Of a stretch of DNA of 57,757 bases, positions 1 through 9,667 are shown piece by piece; the first letter of the stretch is position 1; each line of letters starts with the position of its first letter. This DNA is from Betaproteobacteria bacterium UBA3031. Lineage in GTDB: Bacteria > Pseudomonadota > Gammaproteobacteria > Burkholderiales > Eutrophovitaceae. The translations under genes were made by a program, and so were the position numbers. The notes under the pieces were generated by a model. It was not told the origin of the DNA. It did no database searches and saw only the letters and a program-made list of their open reading frames with translations. The stretch is from the NCBI GenBank assembly GCA_002367635.1, contig DFDI01000090.1, positions 36,412 to 94,168 of the forward strand, given 5' to 3'.

Positions 1-563
1 CCAAAGAGTTGTATACCAATCTGTTTGCCCGGCTGGAGGCCATCCGCAACTGAACGCTCTAGGAAGTCAGTAAATCGCGAGCTGGTGCCTTCCTCAAAAC
101 CTGAATAGAATTTTTGAGCACCAAAACGTGCGATAAATTTCTTGCTTGGTTTGAAGTCAAGATAACCATATTCCAGTACGTTTTCATCTGGATTGAAAGT
201 TGCTTCCAAACCCCAGATCTCATCAATCGTCGCCTTCACCCCAAGATAAACCCGACGGATCGAGAAAGTGTCTGCTTCTAGATCATGGTTATAGTCATAG
301 AAATCAGACTGAATTCGGCCTGCAAGCTGGAACGCGTTTTTGCCGTCTAAAGTTTCCCACTTGAATCCGCCTTTGTATTTGCCTTTGAGTGAATTGGGGT
401 CACCTTTATCCGCTTTGATCTCTTTATACTCAGCGTCATTGATCACGCCTTTGTCATAGAGTTTATCGATCAATGCATCATTTGCAGCAACACTACCAGT
501 CATCGCGAATAACGCGCCCGCAACTGCCGTAGCTATAAGTGCTTTGTTACTTTTTGTGAACAT
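1..563 (-). CDS. Phosphate-selective porin, OprO/OprP family (N-terminal 187 codons; the rest lies beyond the window edge)
   Basis: Absent from the ORF track because it runs off the window. Hand translation of the minus strand from ATG 563..561 gives MFTKSNKALIATAVAGALFAMTGSVAANDALIDKLYDKGV...GFKWETLDGKNAFQLAGRIQSDFYDY...IRRVYLGVKA...ARFGAQKFYSGFEEGTSSRFTDFLERS. It has a Sec signal peptide and Porin_O_P-like motifs. GGAG lies 7 nt upstream of the ATG and a Pho box lies further upstream. Confidence 0.75.
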   Translation of the reverse strand, partial: MFTKSNKALIATAVAGALFAMTGSVAANDALIDKLYDKGVINDAEYKEIKADKGDPNSLKGKYKGGFKWETLDGKNAFQLAGRIQSDFYDYNHDLEADTFSIRRVYLGVKATIDEIWGLEATFNPDENVLEYGYLDFKPSKKFIARFGAQKFYSGFEEGTSSRFTDFLERSVADGLQPGKQIGIQLF

Positions 564-663
564 TCACAATCTCCTAATGGATAATAGAACTATTTCGTGC
601 ATAACCGAGCAAGCTCGAACTTACAAAAACGGCTCTCACACAAATCCGTTTCCGATGGGACGC

Positions 664-697
664 ATAGTAAAAGTTGGATATTACAGTTTGATTACAA
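664..697 (-). promoter_or_regulatory. Pho box (PhoB site) plus -10 hexamer for the porin gene
   Basis: The minus strand reads TTGTAAT-CAAA-CTGTAAT (697..680): two 7-bp direct repeats in 11-bp register. The E. coli consensus is CTGTCAT-A(A/T)A(T/A)-CTGTCA(C/T). This is followed by exactly 10 bp and then TACTAT (669..664), the same box-to--10 spacing as E. coli phoA. Confidence 0.6.
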
Positions 698-740
698 TTT
701 TCAGCTGTCGTAAAAAAGCTACAACGGGGATAACTTAGGG

Positions 741-2252
741 TTATGTCAACGCCAAGGCCATGAGGCACAAGGCAAGCCCTGCGGTCGTCAATCCGAGGAG
801 TCTAACTTTACGGTTGAGGTCTTTGATTTCCTCTAGATGCTCTCCCCGACCCGCCTCCGCGTCCTCTGACAAATAAGCGTCAATCAGTCGCGGCAATCGT
901 GGAAGTATCGCAACCCACGAGGGCGCCTCTTTTTTAATCTGTTTGATCAGCCCCTTAAGACCCATTTGCTCTTTCATCCAGCTTTCAAGATAAGGCTTCG
1001 CCGTCTTCCAAAGGTCTAAGTTTGGGTCTAACTCGCGACCAAGCCCCTCAACGTTCAGCAACGTTTTTTGAAGCATGATGAGCTGCGGTTGAATTTCTAC
1101 GTTAAAACGTCTCGCTGCTTGAAAAAGATTCAAGAGTAATCGACCAAAGGAAATATCCTTAAGCGGCTTATCGAATATCGGTTCACAAATGAATCGTATT
1201 GTTGCCTCAAAGTCATCGATGCGGGTATCTTTAGGGACCCAACCCGCGTCAACATGTGCCTCTGCTACGCCGCGGTAGTCACGCCTAAAAAATGCCAGGA
1301 AATTCTGAGCCAGATAATTTTTATCAACCTCGGTGAGGGTTCCCATAATCCCGAAATCAAGAGCTACATAACGTCCGTCCAATTGCACCAAAATATTACC
1401 CGGATGCATGTCGGCGTGAAAGTATCCGTCTCGAAACACCTGAGTAAAAAATATCTCTACGCCGGATGCTGCCAGTTTTTCTAAATCAATCTGGTTGGCT
1501 CTTAACTCATCAATTTTCCCAACCGGGATGCCTGTCATACGCTCCATTACCATGACATTCGTACGACAAAAATCCCAATAGATTTCTGGCACGACCAAGC
1601 TGGATGAGTCCTTAAAGTTACGACGCAGTTGACTGGCGTTTGCTGCCTCGCGCATGAGATCAAGCTCGTCGTCAAGGTGTCGTCTAAACTCCGCAACCAC
1701 CTCTCTTGGTTTGAGTCGTTTGCCGTCTGGAAGGATGCTCGCTAACGCCCACGCAAACAAATCGAGCAGCGCAATGTCACGGCTAATCACAGATGCGATG
1801 TCGGGTCGCAATACCTTTACGGCCACTTCCCTACCATCCATCAAAACACCAAAGTGAACTTGCGCAACCGAAGCGCTGGCGATCGGCTTAAGATCGAACT
1901 CCCTAAATATTTTTGACGTATCGCCCTCAAATGAACGCTCTAAGATATTCGAAACAGCCTCCGATGAAAACGGCGCAACTCTATCTTGCAGCAAGGCCAA
2001 CTCATCCGCGATGTCGAGCGGAATCATGTCTCGCCTCGTGGAGAGCACTTGACCGAACTTAACGAATATAGGCCCAAGCTGCTCTAACGCAAGACGCAGC
2101 CGTTCGCCTCTTGGACGAGACAGATCACGGGTGAAAAATATTGTTCGTGTGACTCCTCGAAGAACGCGTAACGTGCGATTCGAAGACGCAAATTCGTCAA
2201 GGCCAAACTGAATCGCTACCCAAAAAATATACAGTGCGCGAAAAAACCTCAT
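741..2252 (-). CDS. ubiB: Ubiquinone biosynthesis protein kinase-like UbiB (ABC1/AarF family)
   Basis: 503-aa ORF with ABC1 atypical-kinase motifs (EVAVKVLRP, FHADMHPGNILV) and a C-terminal hydrophobic segment. It is third in a ubiE-ubiJ-ubiB string with 4-nt overlaps. Confidence 0.93.
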   Translation of the reverse strand: MRFFRALYIFWVAIQFGLDEFASSNRTLRVLRGVTRTIFFTRDLSRPRGERLRLALEQLGPIFVKFGQVLSTRRDMIPLDIADELALLQDRVAPFSSEAVSNILERSFEGDTSKIFREFDLKPIASASVAQVHFGVLMDGREVAVKVLRPDIASVISRDIALLDLFAWALASILPDGKRLKPREVVAEFRRHLDDELDLMREAANASQLRRNFKDSSSLVVPEIYWDFCRTNVMVMERMTGIPVGKIDELRANQIDLEKLAASGVEIFFTQVFRDGYFHADMHPGNILVQLDGRYVALDFGIMGTLTEVDKNYLAQNFLAFFRRDYRGVAEAHVDAGWVPKDTRIDDFEATIRFICEPIFDKPLKDISFGRLLLNLFQAARRFNVEIQPQLIMLQKTLLNVEGLGRELDPNLDLWKTAKPYLESWMKEQMGLKGLIKQIKKEAPSWVAILPRLPRLIDAYLSEDAEAGRGEHLEEIKDLNRKVRLLGLTTAGLALCLMALALT

Positions 2253-2860
2253 ACGTTGAGGTTTTTCTGGTTGTCGTGTCGCGTTCGAATGACTTCGGTC
2301 ACACGCTTCTCAAAACGACTCACCGCATCCGATAACTCATCCACCTCTTGAATAAACAGATCAGCACCCACCTTAGTAACCAACAGCCGCGATTCTTCGG
2401 TTAGATAGTCACTCAGTGACGACTTCATTGATTGACGCGCACCACTTAACCAACGTCCGAACCCCCTCAAGAGCTCACCTAATCGATGGGCGATCACATC
2501 GCCGAAGACTCGAGAAAGATCCTCTTCATAATCCCAGTCAATCTTACTCACGATGCGGGATAGGTCAGAAGCGAAATGCGCGTCACCTTCAATACGCACA
2601 CCTCTCCAACCAAACTCACCCTCTTTGAGCCAATTGAGCGCGACGTCAGGACTTAGTTTTATGATTAAACTCGGCTGCTCGTCACCCGAATAGTGTCCAA
2701 CATAACCCTCTCCGTCTATGCACACCACAATTGGGCCTAAAAGTGTCTCTACGCTAATAAGCTTGCCTCTATGGGCAGCAAGATCCTGTCGCGCTTCGGG
2801 CGAGCCTGAGAGCACATGTTTCAAAAAACGCAATATCAAAACTAAGGGCAGCATCATCAC
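2249..2860 (-). CDS. ubiJ: Ubiquinone biosynthesis accessory factor UbiJ (SCP2-domain protein)
   Basis: About 200-aa ORF between ubiE and ubiB, overlapping both neighbours. Size and position match UbiJ/YigP. Three consecutive candidate starts (GTG 2860, ATG 2857, ATG 2854). Confidence 0.75.
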   Translation of the reverse strand: MMMLPLVLILRFLKHVLSGSPEARQDLAAHRGKLISVETLLGPIVVCIDGEGYVGHYSGDEQPSLIIKLSPDVALNWLKEGEFGWRGVRIEGDAHFASDLSRIVSKIDWDYEEDLSRVFGDVIAHRLGELLRGFGRWLSGARQSMKSSLSDYLTEESRLLVTKVGADLFIQEVDELSDAVSRFEKRVTEVIRTRHDNQKNLNV

Positions 2861-3612
2861 ACCTTGAACCCTCGATGAACCGCAACCACACCCGCCGCAA
2901 GATTAAAGTACTCAACCCGGTCGAAACCTGACTCTCGAAACATATCCGCAAGCTCCTCTTGACTCGGGTGCATACGAATAGATTCTGCCAAATAACGATA
3001 GCTATCCTCATCTTTAGCAACAAGTTTGCCCATGAAGGGAATAAACTTGAAGGAATATAAATCATAGAGTTTCTCAAGCGGCTTCCATACCTTTGAAAAC
3101 TCGAGCACGATCAATCTACCGCCCCGACGCGTCACCCGATACATCTCCTTCAATGCCTGCGCTTTATGGGTCATGTTCCTCAAACCAAAGGCCACCGTGA
3201 CGCAATCAAAGTATTCATCAGGATAAGGTAGAGACTCAGCATCACATTGGCATAGAGGTGGCATTTTTCCCGCGTCCATTAATCGATCTCGCCCGACGCT
3301 GAGCATCTCCAGATTGATGTCGGTTAACCATAGTTCGCCTTCCGGTCCTATTTTTTCAAGGAATAGCTTGGATAAATCCCCCGTACCCCCAGCGATATCG
3401 AGCACGCGCGAACCGGTTGTGACGCCTGACAACTGCACCGCGAATCGTTTCCACAAACGATGCAATCCTGCAGACATGAAGTCATTCATGAGGTCGTATT
3501 GGCTTGCGACAGAACTAAAGACTGCCCCGACTCGTTTGCTTTTTTCTGATTCTGGGACGTTTTGGTAACCAAAGTGGGTGGTGCCAGATTGTTCGCTTTT
3601 CTTTGAATCCAT
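2857..3612 (-). CDS. ubiE: Demethylmenaquinone/ubiquinone C-methyltransferase UbiE
   Basis: [19 protein letters not shown]... aligns with the E. coli UbiE N-terminus (MVDKSQETTHFGFQTV). SAM motif LDIAGGTGD and C-terminal [11 protein letters not shown] are present. The ORF-track start at 3747 would overlap the upstream gene by 119 nt, so I use ATG 3612. Confidence 0.92.
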   Translation of the reverse strand: MDSKKSEQSGTTHFGYQNVPESEKSKRVGAVFSSVASQYDLMNDFMSAGLHRLWKRFAVQLSGVTTGSRVLDIAGGTGDLSKLFLEKIGPEGELWLTDINLEMLSVGRDRLMDAGKMPPLCQCDAESLPYPDEYFDCVTVAFGLRNMTHKAQALKEMYRVTRRGGRLIVLEFSKVWKPLEKLYDLYSFKFIPFMGKLVAKDEDSYRYLAESIRMHPSQEELADMFRESGFDRVEYFNLAAGVVAVHRGFKV

Positions 3613-3628
3613 GCCGTCATCTTGAGAG

Positions 3629-4003
3629 TTAATCACGCGAGGCTCCATTTTTCTTGAGCCGCTCGAGATAGTTTGACCAGTTTTTTTCAAAATTATTCCC
3701 CAAAGACCATAAATAATCCCAAGAAAAAATACCCGTGTCATGACCATCGGTAAAGGTCAATTTTAGAGCGTAATGACCTACCGGTTCGATATGTTGAATG
3801 TTGATGTCCTTTTTCCCGACCTGCAGCACCTCTTGTCCTGGGCCGTGACCAAGCACCTCTGCCGAAGGAGAGGATACTCGTAAATACTCACAAGCCAGTA
3901 TGAATTGGTCACCATTGCTAAACGTAATCTCAAGTGAACGAGTTTTTTGGTGATGCACAATATCCGTAGGAATTAATGGGGGGGTGGAAGACTTAGTATT
4001 CAA
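3629..4003 (-). CDS. DUF971 family protein (gamma-butyrobetaine hydroxylase-like N-terminal domain)
   Basis: 124-aa ORF with the segment [11 protein letters not shown]...[28 protein letters not shown], typical of DUF971. It occupies the same position upstream of ubiE as in Pseudomonas. Confidence 0.75.
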   Translation of the reverse strand: MNTKSSTPPLIPTDIVHHQKTRSLEITFSNGDQFILACEYLRVSSPSAEVLGHGPGQEVLQVGKKDINIQHIEPVGHYALKLTFTDGHDTGIFSWDYLWSLGNNFEKNWSNYLERLKKNGASRD

Positions 4004-4016
4004 TTGAACCTCTTAG

Positions 4017-4050
4017 CTGTAATGCTTTTGTAACAAAATAGTCATAATAT
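4017..4050 (+). promoter_or_regulatory. Pho box plus -10 hexamer for phoBR (autoregulation)
   Basis: CTGTAAT-GCTT-TTGTAAC (4017..4034), then 10 bp, then TAATAT (4045..4050). The phoB ATG is at 4086. A further TAGTCAT repeat lies one helical turn downstream. Confidence 0.65.
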
Positions 4051-4085
4051 AACTGCGTGTACAACCAACTATAGCGAACAATTCA

Positions 4086-4772
4086 ATGGCCGGTACCATT
4101 CTTATCGTAGAAGACGAGCCAGCTATCGCTGAGCTGATCGACCTCACACTAAAACGGAACGGTCATCAAACAATCTGCGCGGGATCGGTGGAGGAGGCGA
4201 TCCTCTTGATTGACCATGCACTACCAGACCTCGCGCTCATCGACTGGATGCTACCCGGGGCCAGCGGCATAGAGCTCATTAAACGACTCAGGTCCAATAA
4301 ACGCACCCAATCCATACCCGTAATCATGCTCACCGCTAAAGCAGATGAGGCAGACAAACTAGTCGGTCTTGATACGGGAGCTGACGACTACGTCACAAAA
4401 CCATTCTCACCTAAAGAGCTCGTGGCGCGCATAAAAGCCGTTTTGCGTCGCCGCGCGCCACAACTGACCGACGACATTGTAGAAACTAATGGACTTCGAG
4501 TCGACCCCACCCAACATCGCGTCAGTCTCAACGGAGAGGCGGTTCACTTGGGGCCTTCAGAATTTCGGTTGCTGCATTTTTTTATGACACATCCTGAACG
4601 AGTCCATACGCGCACCCAGCTTCTCGATCAAGTCTGGGGCGATCACGTTTTTATAGAGGACCGTACCGTGGATGTTCACATTCGCAGATTGAGGCAGATG
4701 CTAGAACGCTCGGGCCACGACGATTACATCCAAACCGTTAGAGGTGCCGGGTATCGTTTCTCAAAACCATAA
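4086..4772 (+). CDS. phoB: Phosphate regulon response regulator PhoB (OmpR family)
   Basis: 228 aa. Receiver domain (ILIVEDE..., DWMLPG, K at LTAK) plus a winged-helix domain (TVDVHIRRLRQ...RGAGYRF). Followed by phoR. Confidence 0.93.
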   Translation: MAGTILIVEDEPAIAELIDLTLKRNGHQTICAGSVEEAILLIDHALPDLALIDWMLPGASGIELIKRLRSNKRTQSIPVIMLTAKADEADKLVGLDTGADDYVTKPFSPKELVARIKAVLRRRAPQLTDDIVETNGLRVDPTQHRVSLNGEAVHLGPSEFRLLHFFMTHPERVHTRTQLLDQVWGDHVFIEDRTVDVHIRRLRQMLERSGHDDYIQTVRGAGYRFSKP

Positions 4773-4835
4773 ACCCTACCGTTTCGAATTTGTTACCATT
4801 CGGCATAACGCCTCACGAATGGGTACTCTGCAATC

Positions 4836-6146
4836 TTGCGACACTGGATCAACGCGCTCTCAACACTGATATTCCCAGCGATTGTCGCCGGGTTTGTTGC
4901 GCTGGTCTGGAATACGACTTTCGGCTTAATTACGCTCTGCATTTGGCTCTTTCTTGCCCTGTGGTCGGAACGACAAAATATTTATTTTTTTGAATCATGG
5001 GTTAACGCACCCAAGCCAGGACCACTTCCAGCCGTAACCCCTCGCTGGGATCAAGTATTCAAAGGTTTGATCAAAATTCAGAAACGCCAACGGGCTTCAG
5101 AAGCGGCCTTGAGTCGCGCACTCGATCGATTTGAACAAGCCGCTCGGGCCTTACCCGATGCGGTCATTTTGTTAAATAACGCAAGTCAAATTGAATGGTG
5201 CAACACGAGGGCAGAAGAATACTTTCAACTAAAACTAGACCGTGACCGCGGCGTCCAAATTGACTACTTACTCCGACAGCCCACTTTTCGAGCATTCGTG
5301 AGCAGTCCTGACGTAGAGACCACACTGAAACTTCGGCTGCCTCGAACAGGTACAGATCGCCTTGTCTCCATACAAATGATTCCGTTCGGCCATGAACAAG
5401 GGCTCTTATTGGCGCAAGACATCACGGAACGAGAGCAGTTAGAAATAACACGGCGTGACTTTGTAGCCAACATCTCACATGAGCTCCGCACACCACTCAC
5501 CGTAATACAAGGTTTCCTCGAAACATTCGAAGATGACCCCACCGATAACCCAGAACTTTTAGCGCGCGGAGTCGAATTAATGTCCGACCAAAGTCGTCGC
5601 ATGAATCGTCTGATTACCGATCTGCTGGCCCTATCTCGACTGGAGACCTCCAACACCGCACGAGAAGACGTCGTCGACGTATCAAAGCTAGCTCATGAAG
5701 TTGCGGCCGAAGCGCGCACACTATCAAATAAAAAACATCAGATTGATATCCATGTGGCTTCCGACTTGAAAATTCTAGGCGCAGAAGATGAAATCCGAAG
5801 TGCGCTGTCCAACCTGGTCAGTAACGCCGTTAGGTATTCGCCGACTGGGGGCACCATTGGCATCAGCTGGGGGCTTGTTCATAACGAGCCCGTTTTTTCC
5901 TGTCGAGACAATGGTGTAGGAATTGCCGCGGAACATCTGGACCGCCTGACAGAACGTTTCTACCGGGTTGATAAAGGCCGATCTCGAGAGACCGGGGGCA
6001 CCGGTCTTGGCTTAGCCATTGTGAAACATGTTCTCAATCGTCATGACGCACGACTGAAAATCACCAGTCAACCGGGTCGAGGCAGTGAGTTTTCAATTCA
6101 TTTCTCAAGTATAAAAATTGCGCCTCAACAGGAACTAGCCGTCTGA
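4836..6146 (+). CDS. phoR: Phosphate regulon sensor histidine kinase PhoR
   Basis: 436 aa, collinear with E. coli PhoR. It has N-terminal TM helices, a PAS region (LPDAVILL...WCN), the H-box NISHELRTPLT, and DNGVGI and GGTGLGLAIVKH boxes. TTG start; the exact start is uncertain. Confidence 0.9.
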   Translation: MRHWINALSTLIFPAIVAGFVALVWNTTFGLITLCIWLFLALWSERQNIYFFESWVNAPKPGPLPAVTPRWDQVFKGLIKIQKRQRASEAALSRALDRFEQAARALPDAVILLNNASQIEWCNTRAEEYFQLKLDRDRGVQIDYLLRQPTFRAFVSSPDVETTLKLRLPRTGTDRLVSIQMIPFGHEQGLLLAQDITEREQLEITRRDFVANISHELRTPLTVIQGFLETFEDDPTDNPELLARGVELMSDQSRRMNRLITDLLALSRLETSNTAREDVVDVSKLAHEVAAEARTLSNKKHQIDIHVASDLKILGAEDEIRSALSNLVSNAVRYSPTGGTIGISWGLVHNEPVFSCRDNGVGIAAEHLDRLTERFYRVDKGRSRETGGTGLGLAIVKHVLNRHDARLKITSQPGRGSEFSIHFSSIKIAPQQELAV

Positions 6147-6160
6147 TACGCTAACTGCAT

Positions 6161-6589
6161 TTAAGCCCCAAGTTGCTCTTTTATTGAATCACGAAACTGT
6201 TCCCAAAAACCTTCGGGTGGGAGCACGGGCTGGCCTTCGGTTCGCGCACCCCAAACAGGGTTGGGATAATGGGGGTCGCCCTCAAAACGAGGAATCACAT
6301 GCCAGTGAACATGTGGAACCACGTTTCCAAATGATGCGATATTCACTTTAGTAGGATTCAACAGTGTGCGTAGAGTTCTTTCCACAACATAAACAACATG
6401 CATAATCTGCACCCGATCAGCTGAAGACAAATCAGAAAACTCAACCCAATGCTGATTCGTAATCACACGACAAAAAATTGGATACGTCTCATCACAAACC
6501 GAGATCACTCGTGCAAAATCATTTCTCCATATGACCCGCTCTTCATCGGGCAAACATAGGACGCAATCTGAGCCCACGTGCAGACTCAT
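6161..6589 (-). CDS. HIT family hydrolase
   Basis: Histidine triad HVHWHVIPR. Related HIT proteins begin a few residues before the C.LC motif, matching MSLHVGSDCVLC (ATG 6589). The ORF-track start at 6691 adds 34 aa with no recognisable homology, so the start is uncertain. A 7-bp hairpin (ACCTGAC-CACTT-GTCAGGT) ends 6 nt upstream of ATG 6589. Confidence 0.8.
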   Translation of the reverse strand: MSLHVGSDCVLCLPDEERVIWRNDFARVISVCDETYPIFCRVITNQHWVEFSDLSSADRVQIMHVVYVVERTLRTLLNPTKVNIASFGNVVPHVHWHVIPRFEGDPHYPNPVWGARTEGQPVLPPEGFWEQFRDSIKEQLGA

Positions 6590-6713
6590 AGCCAAACCTG
6601 ACAAGTGGTCAGGTCCTGCCTTACGCGGCTCGTCGACGAAACGTCTGGCTTCGATGTCATCAATATGTTCCCATCTTATTATGAGCTCCATCCTAGCACC
6701 GGACGGTGTACTC

Positions 6714-7112
6714 CTAGGTCAGACCGACCATCAAGATCCAATATCTAAAGAATTTCCCCAGGGCAATACAAGACACCGATAAGACAAAGTGCGTCCTAAG
6801 CCATCCGGCTGCAACACAAACGACATCCCCCACGAGCGGCACCCAAGAAATCAAAAGAGAAAAACCTCCCCATTGTTGAACCCACGCGAATACCTTGTTA
6901 CTGGGTAGCTTATGGCTCGGAATAAACCGGCCTAAGATAAACGTTGCTATACCGCCAAGCGTGTTCCCAATGGTTGCGACCCAAAGCAACGTCCAAGCCG
7001 GAGCAGCCTCATTAAGGATCATGGTCACAAATATGATTTCGGAGCTACCCGGCAATACACTAGCGGATAAGAAACTACTTGCGAACAAACCGATCAAAGA
7101 TGCTGCTTCCAT
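6714..7112 (-). CDS. yqaA: YqaA-family inner membrane protein (DedA/SNARE-associated related)
   Basis: 132 aa. The N-terminus LFASSFLSASVLPGSSEIIFV...GNTLGG...LGRF closely parallels E. coli YqaA (LFASSFLSATLLPGNSEVVLV...GNSLGG...LGRF). Confidence 0.8.
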   Translation of the reverse strand: MEAASLIGLFASSFLSASVLPGSSEIIFVTMILNEAAPAWTLLWVATIGNTLGGIATFILGRFIPSHKLPSNKVFAWVQQWGGFSLLISWVPLVGDVVCVAAGWLRTHFVLSVSCIALGKFFRYWILMVGLT

Positions 7113-7314
7113 ATCCTGCCTCCGTCGAGCACACCGACCTCAAATGTTTTCGTCTCATTACACTCGATTTTTAAACCGTATTAACGTACACGAACTCCGA
7201 GAGCACAAAAAGAATTTGGCTTATAATTTGCACTTCGCTAAATAATGCAAACGCCGCCGGTCAACTGACTGGCGTGCGTCCAGTTTCGACACACTTGATT
7301 ATAGGAGCACCCTC

Positions 7315-7782
7315 TTGATTAGCACCCCAAAACAACTGATTACTGTTGTCGTCCTCGCCTTTGCCGTGCCGCTAACAATTATTTTACTTATTGTCCAATT
7401 TATCACAGGTGGCATCAAAGTCGATCCCAATAGTTCTGCGATGAGTGAGCAAGCCATAGCGAAACGAATGAATCCGCTCAGCGCTAACAAGTCAAACCAA
7501 ATGGCAGGCGGGTCAAGTTCGGAGAGCGTAGCTGTAGCCCTAGATCCTGGAGAGTCTCTCTACAATACCGTGTGTCAAGCGTGCCACACCGCAGGCATTG
7601 CAGGTGCGCCTAAAACAGGAGATAAAACAGCTTGGTCTGAGCGCATGAAGCTCGGGAGCGACACCCTCTCTAAAAGCGTTATAAATGGTAAAAATATGAT
7701 GCCCGCTCGAGGCGGCGCGACCAATGCGTCAAACGACGATATTCGAGCTGCCGTAGATTTCATGTTGTCCAAGGTTAAATAA
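7315..7782 (+). CDS. Membrane-anchored cytochrome c5 family protein
   Basis: N-terminal TM helix, a single CQACH heme-binding motif and a downstream MPARGG (Met ligand region). TTG start with TAGGAG 7 nt upstream. Confidence 0.85.
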   Translation: MISTPKQLITVVVLAFAVPLTIILLIVQFITGGIKVDPNSSAMSEQAIAKRMNPLSANKSNQMAGGSSSESVAVALDPGESLYNTVCQACHTAGIAGAPKTGDKTAWSERMKLGSDTLSKSVINGKNMMPARGGATNASNDDIRAAVDFMLSKVK

Positions 7783-7850
7783 CATCAATACCTCCCATAC
7801 GTCACAAACCAACACGATTGTGACGCGGCTCAGTGGGCATTGACTAAGGT

Positions 7851-8657
7851 ATGGCGACTTACGCGATTGGTGACATTCAAGGCTGCGCCAAGACGTTCTT
7901 AAAGCTGCTGAAAACGCTTAGGTTTGACCCGGGGAACGACCGACTCTGGCTTGTAGGAGACCTCGTCAATCGTGGCCCTGGTTCGTTAACAGTACTCCGG
8001 CACCTCTATAGCATTAGGACGTCGGTCCAGGTGGTTTTGGGGAATCACGACCTCCATTTGCTGGCCGTGGCCAGCGGCGTCGCTTCATTAAGAGATGACG
8101 ACACAATAGACGATGTGCTAAACGCTCCCGATAAACAAGAATTGCTTCTTTGGCTTCGTCAACAACCACTTTTTTTTAAGGAAGGTCGTCATGCACTTGT
8201 TCATGCAGGCCTACTACCCTCGTGGGATTTCGCTAAAGCCCAAGCACTATCATCAGAGGTCGAGGCATTGTTAAAGAACGACGCGCATCCAGACCTCTTA
8301 AAAAATATGCGGGGTGGCAAACCCCAGCACTGGTCTGATGACTTGAAAGCGTGGGACCGCTATCGCGTTATTCTTAACGCATTCACACGCATGAGAGTCT
8401 GTGATGAAACCGGCGGAATGGACTTCTCCTACAAGGGAGCTTACGAAAACATACCGCAAAGATATTCACCGTGGTTTGATCTGCCGACTCAAAGACCCCT
8501 AGATATCACGCTAATTTGTGGTCACTGGTCCGCGCTCGACCTGCACATCACCCCCAATTTGGTCTCGATAGACTCAGGATGTATTTGGGGTGGGCCGCTC
8601 ACTGCGTACTGCCTCGAGACCCAAGAGATCACCCAATTAGCCAATCAGGATCAGTGA
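7851..8657 (+). CDS. apaH: Bis(5'-nucleosyl)-tetraphosphatase, symmetrical (ApaH)
   Basis: 268 aa with metallophosphatase motifs (YAIGDIQGC, GDLVNRGP, GNHD, VHAG, GHW) in the ApaH arrangement. Confidence 0.9.
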   Translation: MATYAIGDIQGCAKTFLKLLKTLRFDPGNDRLWLVGDLVNRGPGSLTVLRHLYSIRTSVQVVLGNHDLHLLAVASGVASLRDDDTIDDVLNAPDKQELLLWLRQQPLFFKEGRHALVHAGLLPSWDFAKAQALSSEVEALLKNDAHPDLLKNMRGGKPQHWSDDLKAWDRYRVILNAFTRMRVCDETGGMDFSYKGAYENIPQRYSPWFDLPTQRPLDITLICGHWSALDLHITPNLVSIDSGCIWGGPLTAYCLETQEITQLANQDQ

Positions 8658-8658
8658 C

Positions 8659-9597
8659 TCACCACCCAAGCGCACGGCCAAAAGACTCCTTAAACTTAGC
8701 CTCGATGTAGGCACGGTCAAATTGATGGTTTTGCGGCCCGCGGCTCTCAATTTTAATAGCGCCCAGCAGTGACGCAAGTCTTCCTGTGGTCTCCCAGTCT
8801 AGGCCATTCTGAATACCATATAGAAGCCCGGATCGATACGAATCACCGCAACCCGTAGGATCAACAACTTCTGCAGCTGCAACTAGAGGGATATCCAATA
8901 TTTTGCCCTCGACATAAATGGCAGACCCATCGCCCCCTCGTGTAACAACCAAGGCCTTCAAATTCCCAGCAATCTGTGAGAGCGTCTGGCCCGTTTTTTC
9001 TTCTAGCATTTTCGCTTCATAATCATTCATTGCCGCGTAATCCGCCATACTGACAAAATTCAGCAACTCCTCACCATTAAACATGGGCAGTCCCTGTCCG
9101 GGATCAAAAACAAAAGGTATCCCTGCCTCATGAAATTCTCGTGCATGCTGAATCATACCTTCGCGACCATCGGGTGCAACGATACCTAAACTCACTTGCG
9201 CCGCATCCGCTATATGATTCTGATGAGAAAAACTCATCGCCCCTGGATGAAAGGCTGTAATTTGATTATCGTCCAAATCAGTCGTGATAAATGCCTGCGC
9301 AGTAAATGCATCAGGTACCACAGTCACGTGATCCGTTGACAGGCCAATTTGCATCATACGATCGGTGTAAGGCTTATGGTCATCGCCCACAGTTGCCATC
9401 ACGACGGGTTTGCCTCCCAGATGATGCAAAGTATAAGCAATATTTCCCGCGCATCCACCAAGCTCTCGCCGCATATGCGGAACAAGAAATGCCAGATTCA
9501 GATTATGGATCTGGTCAGGAATAATATGGTTTTTAAACCGATCTTCAAAAAGCATAATTGAGTCGTACGCGATAGAACCACAGATCAAAGTATTCAT
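8659..9597 (-). CDS. PfkB-family carbohydrate/nucleoside kinase (adenosine-kinase-like)
   Basis: 312 aa with ribokinase-fold signatures (GG.AGN near the N-terminus, DPTGCGDSYRSG near the C-terminus). Substrate cannot be determined from sequence. Confidence 0.8.
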   Translation of the reverse strand: MNTLICGSIAYDSIMLFEDRFKNHIIPDQIHNLNLAFLVPHMRRELGGCAGNIAYTLHHLGGKPVVMATVGDDHKPYTDRMMQIGLSTDHVTVVPDAFTAQAFITTDLDDNQITAFHPGAMSFSHQNHIADAAQVSLGIVAPDGREGMIQHAREFHEAGIPFVFDPGQGLPMFNGEELLNFVSMADYAAMNDYEAKMLEEKTGQTLSQIAGNLKALVVTRGGDGSAIYVEGKILDIPLVAAAEVVDPTGCGDSYRSGLLYGIQNGLDWETTGRLASLLGAIKIESRGPQNHQFDRAYIEAKFKESFGRALGW

Positions 9598-9667
9598 TTA
9601 CAAACCTTATTCAAATTACATAAAAAGAGGGCGCGCCGAAAGGTGGGCGATAGGCATAATGCCAACC

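Noticed and set aside
544-768. Two 64-aa ORFs (544..738 plus strand, 574..768 minus strand) in the ubiB-porin intergenic region.
   Set aside because: They overlap each other, the Pho-box promoter and the porin start. They begin at non-ATG codons without an SD. The region is better explained as the porin promoter and leader.
6590-6691. A 34-aa N-terminal extension of the HIT protein (MELIIRWEHIDDIEARRFVDEPRKAGPDHLSGLA).
   Set aside because: It shows no similarity to HIT-family N-termini that I recognise, and homologues start just before the C.LC motif. I kept it as a start-site uncertainty rather than as a distinct domain or small gene.
7800-7825. An 8-bp hairpin CGTCACAA-N10-TTGTGACG between the cytochrome c5 gene and apaH, considered as a terminator.
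   Set aside because: There is no U-tract after the stem (it is followed by CGGCTCAG) and the loop is large. It could be a processing or stability element, but I cannot support a terminator call.
9598-9667. A possible terminator after rodA (GGCATTATGCC and CGCC-N8-GGCG followed by CCCTCTTTTT).
   Set aside because: The stems are only 4-5 bp, with implausible loops or distance to the T-run. This is too weak to call from sequence alone.
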